From IMG/VR virus record IMGVR_UViG_3300027806_000042, positions 3,661 through 67,660 of that record: a stretch of 64,000 nt of DNA. The stretch is one strand, 5' to 3'. Below the pieces are notes generated by a model. It made no database searches, was not told where the DNA came from, and worked only from the letters and a program-made list of their open reading frames with translations. Position numbers and translations under genes: made by a program. Position 1 is the stretch's first letter, and the number at the start of each line of letters is the position of its first letter. The stretch comes from a virus. Positions 6,870-16,277 of the stretch are shown here, piece after piece.

Positions 6870-9052
6870 CCGAGGAAGAACGCATTGCACATTGCGCCCA
6901 GCTTAAATGGGCAGCGCAACAAAGTTACAAGCCTGCTTATGCAGAACTTGGCAGCATCCCCGCTCATTCTGAAAGCGTGAAAGAGCCGTGGGGTGAATTG
7001 CGTTTAACTTGGGTTGCCGGGCGCCTTTCGGGGTTTGAATCTTGGATCAAGGGCGAAGCGTTTTGGCGCGGGCTGGAAATACGAATTGATGTGGATAGGG
7101 GATTGGTTCAGCATCAATATCGTATCAAAATGGATGGCCCTAAAAGCAAAATCACTGAAATGGAAAAGTTTCTTCAAGCGGTATTAGATGGGGGGGGATG
7201 CCAAAATGACCGATGAAGAATGGAAAGCATGGGAAATACAAAGGGCAGGTCAGATGAACCCCGCCCCCAAGCCATCGCTTGAAGCGCGATTAGGCTGGCT
7301 GGAGGCTGACGCATCGGCGCAGCGCACGGCCATCTTGAAGCTGGAGCGGGATATTAAACTGATTGCCCTTGCCGGTCTTGCTGTGCTTGTGCCTACGATT
7401 GTGCTGGAGATGCTGACATGACCGAAACCAACGGCTGGGCCGGAATGAGTAACGTCAAGCGCGTCTTTTTGATGGTGGCGATCATCGCTATGTTGGCGCC
7501 ATTCTTACACTTTTTGATAAAGTATGTGGCTTTATCAAATGCGTGCTTCGCGCATCTTTCCGAAATCATGACAATCTTGGAGCGGGTGAGATGAGCGACC
7601 AGACCACACCCGCGCCCGGCGGCTGGCACGGTGAGCCAGGAGTGCCGCTTAATCCTGAGAAGGATGGGTGGCATTGGTTACAGGCGAAGTATTATGATGA
7701 TCCCGTTGGTCCGTTTATGGCCTTCTTTTGGGATGCCGCTCAACAAACGTGGCCCAAAATACAACCTTACGGCGGGCGCACGTTTCATTACCTCGGCCCC
7801 TGCCTCACGCCCGATGAAGCAACGGCGCTGCAAGCGCGCGTGGCGGAGTTGGAGGCAGAAACCAAGAAAGCCAAGTTCATACACCAGTATGAAGTCAAGG
7901 AGTTACAAGCCCGCGCGAATAAGTTGACGCGCCTAGTAGAGACCTTGGTGGAAAACGACCCCGAAGATATGGCAGCCGACGCCGTTACCGTTCTTGATGT
8001 GTGGCGGAAGGAAGCCCGCGAGCTTCTAGCGCGTCACGCCAGACTTGATGCGCGACAAGCGGGTATGGAGAAAATGCGCGAAAATGAATCTGCTGAGATA
8101 CGCGCCGCGCTGGAAGGGAAGAAAGAATGACCGACTACATCAAATCCGAAGGCTACATCTATGCCAGCCTTTGTTCAGAGGTATCTCGTGCGCTTTATGA
8201 AGCGATGATGCAAAAGGGGTGGCGCAAGCACATTGCAGAAAGGCGCGCGCATGGCGGCAACATGAGCCTTTCCGACATTGCAAATACGCTGGCTCAACTC
8301 GGCGCCCACATGAAAGTGACGGTCAAGTTTATTGATGCGCCTGAAAGGAAGAAAGATGAGTGATGATCCTTGGCTAACTGCGATTAGCCCTGATGATATT
8401 GAGGCAGCTATACAGAGGAAGGCAGCGCGTGAGGCGCTAATTGTGGAACAAGCCGCAGAAATCACCCGCCTTCGCGCTGCCCTCGCCACCGCGCGCCGGG
8501 AGGGGATGGAGGAAGCGGCGCGGCGTTGCGAGTTACCTTGCATTGGCGACCATATGAATGCGTATGGGAAGTATTTTGCCGCCGCCATCCGCGACACAGC
8601 GAAGGAGAAGAAGTGATGGCGAAATACGATGTCTCCTTATGTCTTCCGAGCCTGCGCGAATGGTATCAGCAAGTGATTAAAGACCCTTCGTTTTTGAGAG
8701 ACTATGATCGCAAAGAGGATTGGTTTTTACGCAATGCGACTTGGAACGACATGACTCGGAAAAAGCGCACCGCCGCCATCCGCGCAGCGGGGGAGGGGAA
8801 GTGATGAGCGAACCTATCCGCGCCGCGCTGCTGACTGCGTGGGAGAAATCCCCATCCTTCCTTGTCACGCTACCAAGCGGCAACCGTCGCACGTCATTAT
8901 CAGTGCTGGAGACGGCCCAAATGATCGCCGCATTCCTTCGCGGGCTGGATGATGGTGCCGTCCTGACGCTGATGAAGGCAGAGCAAGACCCGCATCGTGG
9001 TTGGCGCGATACCCTCGTCGAAGCCGTTCTTGCGGCGGGGGAGGAGAAGTGA
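6866..9052 (+). CDS. Run of small coupled hypothetical genes (6866-7216, 7206-7421, 7591-8130, 8127-8363, 8356-8616, 8616-8804, 8804-9052)
   Basis: Contiguous ORFs with ATGA/TGATG overlaps and purine-rich RBSs. Confidence 0.65.
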
Positions 9053-9234
9053 TGGACTGGCAACCGATTGAAACAGCGCCAAAGGATGGCTCCGCTATTC
9101 TGATTTGGGATGAAACTCTCACATACGAAATTGCCTATCGCCATCGCGCTAAGTGGCGCTACGGACCAAAAGGCTACTTATGCGAGCCCACCCACTGGAT
9201 GCCCCTTCCCGCACCACCGGAGGTGAAGCCATGA
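9052..9234 (+). CDS. DUF551-family protein
   Basis: WQPIETAPKDG...PTHWMPLPAPP. Confidence 0.8.
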   Translation: MDWQPIETAPKDGSAILIWDETLTYEIAYRHRAKWRYGPKGYLCEPTHWMPLPAPPEVKP

Positions 9235-9881
9235 CCGAGCGCCCCATCATATTCAGCGCCGAAATGGTCCGCGCCATTCTTGCCGGCCGCAAGACGCAAA
9301 CGCGGCGGGTAATGAAGCTGACATCGCTCGGTCATATCAAAGCGCCCATAATGTATGGACGCCACAAACCAGACAACCCCAGAGCGCTAGCTGCCTGCCC
9401 CTACGGCGCCCCAGGCGACACGCTTTGGGTGCGGGAGGCAGTCGCGCATGGCGAAGGGCTGAAGTATCACGTCGCCTATAAGGCCGATAGCCAGTGTGGT
9501 GCGTGGGGATGGGATGGCGACGGGAATCCGTTGTTCTCCTCGCATGGGCACGTCTTAGAGGGCGATGCTGGCCGCGCCGTTGGCAATTACGGCATGCACC
9601 GATATGGCAAAAGGTGGACACCCTCGATCCACATGCCGCGCTGGGCATCGCGCATCACGCTCCGCATCACGGATGTTCGGGTGGAGCGGTTGCAGGATAT
9701 TAGCGAGGATGATGCGCGGGCAGAGGGGTGTGAGCCGGTCGGCTGGATTGATGAAACTGACGTGGGCATGAGCAGCTATCGTGAAGGCTTTACTCGCCTT
9801 TGGAACACCATCAACGGCGTCGGCGCATGGGAAGCAAACCCCTGGGTTTGGGTCATCGAATTCGAAAGGGTGAAGCCATGA
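9231..9881 (+). CDS. ASCH/PUA-like phage protein, copy 1
   Basis: ERPIIFSAEMVRAILAGRKTQTRR...LWVRE...PSIHMPRWASRITL...NPWVWVIEF. Confidence 0.8.
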   Translation: MTERPIIFSAEMVRAILAGRKTQTRRVMKLTSLGHIKAPIMYGRHKPDNPRALAACPYGAPGDTLWVREAVAHGEGLKYHVAYKADSQCGAWGWDGDGNPLFSSHGHVLEGDAGRAVGNYGMHRYGKRWTPSIHMPRWASRITLRITDVRVERLQDISEDDARAEGCEPVGWIDETDVGMSSYREGFTRLWNTINGVGAWEANPWVWVIEFERVKP

Positions 9882-10114
9882 ACGTTGAAGTGCAACCAAA
9901 AGACATCATGTCTGCCTGCGAAGCCACTTATCAGGCCGGATTGCGTGATGGTGTGCGATATTCGGCTGATGTTTTGGAAGCCTGCAAAAAGGAAATGATA
10001 AAAAGGCACGGCGAAACGGTGGTCACTGAATTTTGCGATATTGTAAAACGAGCGCTTCAAGATCAAGCGAGCCTCATTCACGCGAAACTGGAAGCGGAGG
10101 ACCGCCAGCCATGA
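9878..10114 (+). CDS. Hypothetical protein
   Basis: ATGA-coupled at both ends. Confidence 0.65.
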   Translation: MNVEVQPKDIMSACEATYQAGLRDGVRYSADVLEACKKEMIKRHGETVVTEFCDIVKRALQDQASLIHAKLEAEDRQP

Positions 10115-10818
10115 GCGAGCGCCCTATTCCTTTTCGCGATTGGGAAGTCCGCGCCATCTTGAAGGGCGACAAGACGCTAACGCGGCGGGTGATGAAGCCG
10201 CAGCCAGCGCCATTTGTCCAATCAACACCAGACCGACACCCCACTACCCGCACCGATCCGTACATTGATGCGTACTGCGGAGAGAGGAAAACGCCAGAGA
10301 ACCCGCGTGGCATGAGCCGTGATTGGCACTGGTGGACAGCGGACAACCGACTCGGGCGGCTTGTAGCTCGCTGCCCCTACGGCGCCCCCGGCGACCTGCT
10401 TTGGGTGCGGGAGACTTGGGCGCAATACCCAATCGAATTGAACCCTGAACCATGTGACGCTTGGTATAAAGCAACCAGCAATGGGCCACCGCCGCCCTTC
10501 AAATGGCGCCCCTCGATCCACATGCCGCGCTGGGCATCGCGCATCACGCTCCGCATCACGGATGTTCGGGTGGAGCGGTTGCAGGACATCGAAGGCCAGC
10601 ATCCAAGCGAAAGCGACGCAATAGCTGAAGGCGTCCGCGCCATCCACCACGGCGACGGTGACTATTACTACAGCGCGTTTCGGGACGTGCCGCATCCAAA
10701 GAATTGGAGTGACCCAGCGGATGCTTTTCGTGAAGTCTGGAACAGCATCAACGGCGCCGGCGCCTGGGAAGCAAACCCCTGGGTGTGGGTGATCGCATTC
10801 GAAAGGGTAAAGCCATGA
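10111..10818 (+). CDS. ASCH/PUA-like phage protein, copy 2
   Basis: Same motifs as 9231-9881; shares 77 bp of identical DNA with it. Confidence 0.8.
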   Translation: MSERPIPFRDWEVRAILKGDKTLTRRVMKPQPAPFVQSTPDRHPTTRTDPYIDAYCGERKTPENPRGMSRDWHWWTADNRLGRLVARCPYGAPGDLLWVRETWAQYPIELNPEPCDAWYKATSNGPPPPFKWRPSIHMPRWASRITLRITDVRVERLQDIEGQHPSESDAIAEGVRAIHHGDGDYYYSAFRDVPHPKNWSDPADAFREVWNSINGAGAWEANPWVWVIAFERVKP

Positions 10819-11004
10819 ACGAGCGCGCCAAATGGATCAATCATCAAGGCGAAAGACATTCATGTATGGTTCAGTCAAGGCAGACGGAAGCGAACACGCA
10901 AGGGTTCTTTTCATTGAACTTTGGAATACCATATCACCATACCCCGCACCTGAGATTGTTGGTGTTCTGAAGGGTAGATTAGTCATTCAAGAGGATGAAT
11001 CAGA

Positions 11005-11468
11005 ATGATGCAATACTACTTCTATGCGGGTGAAGTTGAAAGATTCTTTGTTAGGTTAAATACCTTCAAGGAGGGGCGCCCAATTTGCCCGAATTGCGGC
11101 AGCTTTATTCCTGCCCATCCCGAGCATATTTTAGCTGAAGTGCCAATGCGAATGGCGATTGAGCGTTTTGTAGAGACTTCAGGGGAAAACCATCATCACC
11201 GCAAACGTGATCAACGTCATTTGGATTATATGGATGGCAAAGTTGATACCGCAAATCCAGAAAATTGTAATGGAACACATTGCTGCCAATGCGGCGCAAA
11301 AGCCATGAAGGACATGCCATGATCTTCTATTTTGCAATAGTCGGCTGCATAGCAGCACTAAGCCTATCATGGGCTGTATTTACAACCGATAAAGTTGAAA
11401 GGACGCTAGCCATCTACACATGCGTAGTGGCGTCTGGTTTGTTTATCTATTTAATCATGAAAGGATGA
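11005..11468 (+). CDS. Two hypothetical genes (Cys-rich 11005-11322; membrane 11319-11468)
   Basis: CPNC/CCQC motifs in the first; two hydrophobic helices in the second. Confidence 0.55.
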
Positions 11469-11555
11469 AGCCAATCAGCAGAAATAAAGCAGCCGTCCTT
11501 GTTCTTTTCATGGCCCTGTCAGGGTTCCTTGTCGGAAGCCTGAGCGTATGGTGGA

Positions 11556-11906
11556 TTATGGAAACCTACTTTCTATAGTAATCTGCGCCCTTGGATTTTC
11601 CTTATCAATCCAATGGTATAGGTGCATCTCCCTGACCTGCCTATCATTCTGGTAAATGCGATCCTGCATTAAATCCAGAATCAAACTAGGGTCTAGGTCA
11701 GGGCGCTGACTGGCATACCAAATATGGATATGGGCAACTAACTCTCCATCCAATAAGGTATCCAGCACGGGGCATTGCTTTATGAAGGCGTCACAATAAG
11801 CCAACGCCTTTGCAGACTTAATGGGGATGATACCCTTACCCCGCCGAACTAGCCTGCGACTATTAGCCTTAGACGCAGGTTCACCATAAATCATGAAAGT
11901 GACCAT
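11556..11906 (-). CDS. rusA: RusA-family Holliday junction resolvase
   Basis: GEPASKANSRR...RPDLD...ILDLMQ...NDRQV...PRAQITI. Confidence 0.8.
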   Translation of the reverse strand: MVTFMIYGEPASKANSRRLVRRGKGIIPIKSAKALAYCDAFIKQCPVLDTLLDGELVAHIHIWYASQRPDLDPSLILDLMQDRIYQNDRQVREMHLYHWIDKENPRAQITIESRFP

Positions 11907-11916
11907 AAAAAACCTC

Positions 11917-11945
11917 TTGCAATCCAATAAATGTTCCTGTATATA
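11917..11945 (+). promoter_or_regulatory. Putative promoter of the recombination operon
   Basis: TTGCAA-17 bp-TATATA, then AAGGAG RBS. Confidence 0.55.
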
Positions 11946-11967
11946 ACGCATAACAAGGAGACAGTAA

Positions 11968-12870
11968 ATGGCAAAACTAACCAACAAGTATGGGTTGCCT
12001 CAAACCCTTATGAACTATGCCAACCGAAACACCTATAGCCGTGGCAATGCCAATATCTCTGTCACTCAGTTGATTGGCAGCCCGCGCGTTAGGATGATGA
12101 CTCAGAAGCATCAGGAAGAAATCGTTGAAGATGTTTCTGACAGGCTTTGGGCCATCATCGGTAGCGCCCTGCATGAAGTGGTTGAGAAGGGTTCTGATGA
12201 TGAACACCAAGCCGAGGAACGGTTGTTCATTGAAGTTGACGGGTGGCGGATTAGCGGCGGCATTGATCTTCAGTCCATGAATCTTGATGAGGACGGGACT
12301 AGGACGTGCGCTATCAGCGATTACAAGCTGACCAGCACCTTTAACGTGATGAACCCTAAGCCGGATTGGGAGCGGCAGCTTAATTGCTATGCCCACCTTG
12401 TCAGGAAGGTTAAGGGGTTTGAAATCAAGCGCCTATCCATCAATGCTATCATGCGGGATTGGATGCGCGCTAGGGCCAAGACTGACCAGAACTATCCCCA
12501 GGCTGCAATGCAGGTGATTGATATTCCTCTGTGGTCGCCGGAAGCAGCCGAGCAGTATTTCAATGAGCGGGTGAAGATTCACAAGGATGCCGAGGCCCTT
12601 ATGGATTGGGGTGATACCCCGGAATGCACCCCGGAAGAACGCTGGTATAGCCCCGGTCAGTTGGCCGTGATGAAGGATGGGCGGAAGCGGGCATTGAAAT
12701 TGTTTGAACCCGAACATAAGGAAGAAGCCGAGGAATACGCAAAGGAAAACAAGGCAACGGTTGTAGAGAGGCCGGGCCAGAACAAGAAGTGTGAGGATTT
12801 TTGCGCTGTGTCTGAATGGTGTAGCCAATGGGCTGCATTGCGGGCGCAGGAAGAAGAAGGAAAGGAATAA
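11968..12870 (+). CDS. PD-(D/E)XK (Cas4/RecB-like) exonuclease
   Basis: GSALHE, E-R, GGID, DYK and QLNCY motifs; C-terminal CxxxCxxxxxC. Confidence 0.88.
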   Translation: MAKLTNKYGLPQTLMNYANRNTYSRGNANISVTQLIGSPRVRMMTQKHQEEIVEDVSDRLWAIIGSALHEVVEKGSDDEHQAEERLFIEVDGWRISGGIDLQSMNLDEDGTRTCAISDYKLTSTFNVMNPKPDWERQLNCYAHLVRKVKGFEIKRLSINAIMRDWMRARAKTDQNYPQAAMQVIDIPLWSPEAAEQYFNERVKIHKDAEALMDWGDTPECTPEERWYSPGQLAVMKDGRKRALKLFEPEHKEEAEEYAKENKATVVERPGQNKKCEDFCAVSEWCSQWAALRAQEEEGKE

Positions 12871-12872
12871 CC

Positions 12873-13190
12873 ATGTCTAACAAGGAGAATGAAATGAAGA
12901 ACGTGATTATTGATGGCGTTGAATATGCGCCAGTTAATGCAGCCAAGGGCAGCCGCGCCGTGGTTGTGGTTGACCGGGGTTGGATTTTTGCGGGCGATGT
13001 TACCCGCAAGGATGGCCGCATCATGCTTACTCGTGCGCTGCATGTGTTTAAGTGGGAGTCAGTTGGCTTTGCCGGGATGATTGATAATCCCAAGAAGGCC
13101 AAGGCCGATCTTCGCCCTGTTGCTGATGTTGATATTCCCGATGGTTCTGAGATTTTTTGCGTCCCCGTTTCTGATGGGTGGGGTTTGTGA
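12873..13190 (+). CDS. Conserved hypothetical phage protein
   Basis: RBS present; VVVDRGWIFAG beta-rich fold; coupled to the Gly-rich gene. Confidence 0.75.
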   Translation: MSNKENEMKNVIIDGVEYAPVNAAKGSRAVVVVDRGWIFAGDVTRKDGRIMLTRALHVFKWESVGFAGMIDNPKKAKADLRPVADVDIPDGSEIFCVPVSDGWGL

Positions 13191-13504
13191 TGGACTCTGC
13201 TTTTAGGCCAGTCGGCTCCGGCTACGGCTCCGGCGACGGCGACGGCTACGGCGACGGCGACGGCTACGGCAACGGCTGCGGCTATGGCTACGGCACCCGC
13301 GACGGCTCCGGCTGCGGCTATGGCTACGGCACCCGCGACGGCTCCGGCTACGGCTACGGCTCCGACTACGGCTACGGCAACGGCTATGGCAACGGCGACG
13401 GTAGCAGCTACTTCTACGGCGACGGCTCCGGCGACGGCTACGGCTCCGGCTACGGCACAATCACACTAAACCGGCGCAATGCGCGAAAGGCTAAAAATGT
13501 CTAA
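13190..13504 (+). CDS. Gly-rich (G-Y/D/S-G)n repeat protein
   Basis: About 80 aa of Gly-X dipeptide repeats. Confidence 0.7.
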   Translation: MDSAFRPVGSGYGSGDGDGYGDGDGYGNGCGYGYGTRDGSGCGYGYGTRDGSGYGYGSDYGYGNGYGNGDGSSYFYGDGSGDGYGSGYGTITLNRRNARKAKNV

Positions 13505-14168
13505 CATCACAAAGGCCATTGTGGCTGTAACAGGTGAAGTCAATTCACTTGCAAAGGGTGTAAAGAACCAACACGGGGGATATAACTATGTCCCCATTGA
13601 TAACTACTACGCCGAAGTGGGGAAGGTCGCAGCCAAGCATGGCCTGACTTGGGTTCTCAAGGTGGTCAACTTTGAGCATCTTCCCAATCTTGGAAAGTCA
13701 GGCGCCATTAACTTCACTTACAACGTGGACATTTTTCATTCCAGTGGGGATGAAAAGCTAAACTTCACGTCCCTGAATATCCTGCACCCAATTCAAGGGG
13801 CGCAGTCTGCCGGTTCAGCCATGTCCTATGCAGACAAGATTTTCATGCGGCAGTTGTTCAAGGTTGAAACCGGCGAACAGGATGCAGACGCCACCAATCC
13901 AAACGACTTGAACGGTAAGCCAGAAGCCCCCAAGGCCGAGGCGCCCAAGCCTGCCTTGAGTAAGGAAGATGAAGAAACCCTTGTCGCCTGGATTGATACC
14001 ACCATCAAGACCTTCCTTCCTGATGTCAGGACGGACGATGAGTTGAAGGGATTTTGGTCAGACAACAAGAATGGAGCAATCAAGCGCGTGAGGGACTTTA
14101 GTGAGGAAGCCTATAACGGACTTCTAAGCGCCTTCACCGCCCGTCGAAATGAATTGAAAGGATCATAA
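13497..14168 (+). CDS. ERF-family ssDNA-annealing protein
   Basis: QSAGSAMSYA motif (ERF GSAxSYA), followed by DAD. Confidence 0.8.
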   Translation: MSNITKAIVAVTGEVNSLAKGVKNQHGGYNYVPIDNYYAEVGKVAAKHGLTWVLKVVNFEHLPNLGKSGAINFTYNVDIFHSSGDEKLNFTSLNILHPIQGAQSAGSAMSYADKIFMRQLFKVETGEQDADATNPNDLNGKPEAPKAEAPKPALSKEDEETLVAWIDTTIKTFLPDVRTDDELKGFWSDNKNGAIKRVRDFSEEAYNGLLSAFTARRNELKGS

Positions 14169-14170
14169 GC

Positions 14171-14449
14171 ATGAGCAATTACCCGCCCGGTGGCGTCCTG
14201 TTCCATCAGGATAAAAAGACAAACCCCAAGGCGCCGGACTATACCGGCAACTTGGAAATCTCTCGGGATACCCTGAATCACCTCGTTGCAATGGCAAAGA
14301 AGGAGCAACCCCTGAAGATGCAGCTTTCAGGATGGAAGAAGCCCACCAAGAATGGTGGCACATTCCTCTCCCTGGTCGCGGCAAAGCCGTATGAAAAGAA
14401 TTCTGGTGGTTCATCGTCCCGTGACGATGATGATTCTGTGCCTTTTTGA
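14171..14449 (+). CDS. Single-stranded DNA-binding protein (DUF736-like)
   Basis: KAPDYTG, GWKK, FLSL and acidic tail DDDDSVPF. Confidence 0.75.
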   Translation: MSNYPPGGVLFHQDKKTNPKAPDYTGNLEISRDTLNHLVAMAKKEQPLKMQLSGWKKPTKNGGTFLSLVAAKPYEKNSGGSSSRDDDDSVPF

Positions 14450-14460
14450 TAGGGAAAACC

Positions 14461-14835
14461 ATGGACGTAGTTTTTTTTGAGAAGTTTGCACATTTGGTTG
14501 CGGAAAACGACCGCCTCCAAGATGCGCTTGCTTCAATGAAGCGGCAGCGAGACCGCCTTCTAGGCGCGCTTGAAGCCGACCCAGCATACCAAAATAAGGA
14601 AAATGACCATTGGCAATTTTTGGCTAGGCAACATGCGGGCGCCTCTAATGAGGCTCAAGCTAGTGCAAAACAAGCAAACGAAGCAGTCATTAAATTGCGT
14701 TCCGCAATTAAGGACGCGCTTTCATTGAAGCAAGGAGTATCTTCTTCTGCTTCTTTGATCCTTGAGGAAGTTTTGAAGGAAACTATTTCCTTCGCTGACG
14801 AAAGTGAGTTTGAGAATTACTCTGATGAAGAGTAG
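14461..14835 (+). CDS. Coiled-coil hypothetical protein
   Basis: Heptad-like helical composition. Confidence 0.6.
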   Translation: MDVVFFEKFAHLVAENDRLQDALASMKRQRDRLLGALEADPAYQNKENDHWQFLARQHAGASNEAQASAKQANEAVIKLRSAIKDALSLKQGVSSSASLILEEVLKETISFADESEFENYSDEE

Positions 14836-15112
14836 GCGCTACCGGAGCAAGGCGTATCTCTCAAAGGTCAGGCAGCATGGTTGCCTGATCTGCGATAGGT
14901 GGTCGCAGGCTCACCACCTCATGTTCGCGGAACCTTCCGCAATGGGGCTGAAATCAGGGGATGATTGGGCCGTGCCTTTGTGCGCCGAACATCATCTGGA
15001 ATTACATATGTTTGGAGATGAAAAGACATGGTGGGACTTGAAGGGGATCAACCCGTTAGATTGGTGCGAGTCTATGCGGAAGCACCGGACGGATGGATCA
15101 AGCGAGAGTTAG
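14825..15112 (+). CDS. DUF968/HNH-like Zn-binding protein
   Basis: RYRSKAYL...CLIC...AHH...AVPLCAEHH. Confidence 0.8.
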   Translation: MKSRRYRSKAYLSKVRQHGCLICDRWSQAHHLMFAEPSAMGLKSGDDWAVPLCAEHHLELHMFGDEKTWWDLKGINPLDWCESMRKHRTDGSSES

Positions 15113-15239
15113 ACCTTCTGCCCAGGCCAGATAAAGAATGGGAGGCAGGTGATCTTATCGGCCTCTTAGACGGGAAATGGGTTCCCATTGAAAATGGCAA
15201 ATGACTTGCCAGTTTCGGCTTTAATTACAGGAGTAAAGA

Positions 15240-15900
15240 ATGGAAATCGAGATTGAAAAGGGTATTGAAATACCTATTCCACATGCAGAAAAAATGACGC
15301 CTATCAATCGTTCAATTCTGCATACTATGAAGATCATGAACGTAGGGGAGTCCTTCTTTGTCCAAAAGAAATACCAAGCGGCATGTGTCTTTGTATCGGT
15401 CCATGGCCGGAAACTTTTTCGTAAATTTACCGTGAAGCGGCAACATACAGGATTGGAAGGCGAGGGGGTACGGATATGGCGCACGGAGTAGTGGCACACA
15501 CCAAGGAACTCATTGCGGCTGCCATGCTTCGCAACGGGTTTGATGCCGCTTCCAAAGCGGTAGCTAGTGGGGAACTGTATCTACACAATGTCAACAAGTG
15601 TGTGGAAACATGGGTTTCCTATGAGCAGGACAAGGATAGATTTTGGGATAGTATCGGCGCCTGCTGGTATAAAGCAGCCCGCAAACTTAGCCCCAGGACT
15701 TGGGAATGATCCCGGCTCTATCTGGCTTGGCGGCATGGGTATATGACATGAACCTCTGCCCTAGGGAAAGGAAATGTCTGCTGCTTACACCGGCTGGTGT
15801 GGCAGTCATTGGCTGCATCAAAGACGACACCAAGGGGTATATCGCTTGGTCGCCTTTGCCGGATAGGGATAAAGAGAAAGAAAAGGAACTTGGAATATGA
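15240..15900 (+). CDS. Three small hypothetical genes (15240-15491 probable DNA-binding; 15476-15709; 15706-15900)
   Basis: IEKGIEIP...MNVGESFFV...GVRIWR signature in the first; ORFs tile. Confidence 0.6.
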
Positions 15901-16277
15901 GCATCTTTGACGATCAGGCAGACTTCATGGCGGCTTGCGGTCAAACCGTGGATCGGTTTAACGCAAAGCAAGCCAATATGTATGCCGAACTAATCCGTGA
16001 GGAAACCGAGGAGTTTAAGGAAGCCTTTGCGGAACGCGACATTGCCGATGCAATCATTGATATTATCGTGGTTTGCATTGGTTATGGCCTATCCCGTGGC
16101 TGGCCCATGAAGGAACTGTGGGATGCTGTGCATGTTTCTAACATGGCTAAGGTTGATCCTGAAACGGGCTTGGTAACTCGCCGGTCAGACGGGAAGATTC
16201 TGAAGCCTACTGGTTGGGCGCCCCCTAACCTTCAACGGGTTCTTGACGAGCATGAGGCCCGCAATGGGGGCAACTGA
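15897..16277 (+). CDS. MazG-like nucleotide pyrophosphohydrolase (PRA-PH family)
   Basis: LIREETEE...DAIID...VHVSNMAK...DGKILKP.GW..P. Confidence 0.85.
   Translation: MSIFDDQADFMAACGQTVDRFNAKQANMYAELIREETEEFKEAFAERDIADAIIDIIVVCIGYGLSRGWPMKELWDAVHVSNMAKVDPETGLVTRRSDGKILKPTGWAPPNLQRVLDEHEARNGGN

Noticed and set aside
9621-10820. Diversity-generating retroelement TR/VR pair
   Set aside because: No reverse transcriptase in the window; the mismatches are not adenine-specific and both copies are coding.
11968-12870. Cas4-like nuclease as a spacer-acquisition partner of the RAMP cassette
   Set aside because: It lies 7 kb away in a standard exonuclease-ERF-SSB recombination operon.
13200-13460. 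Second non-coding repeat array
   Set aside because: The 6-nt period is explained by GGC-NNN codons of a Gly-X protein coupled to its neighbours.
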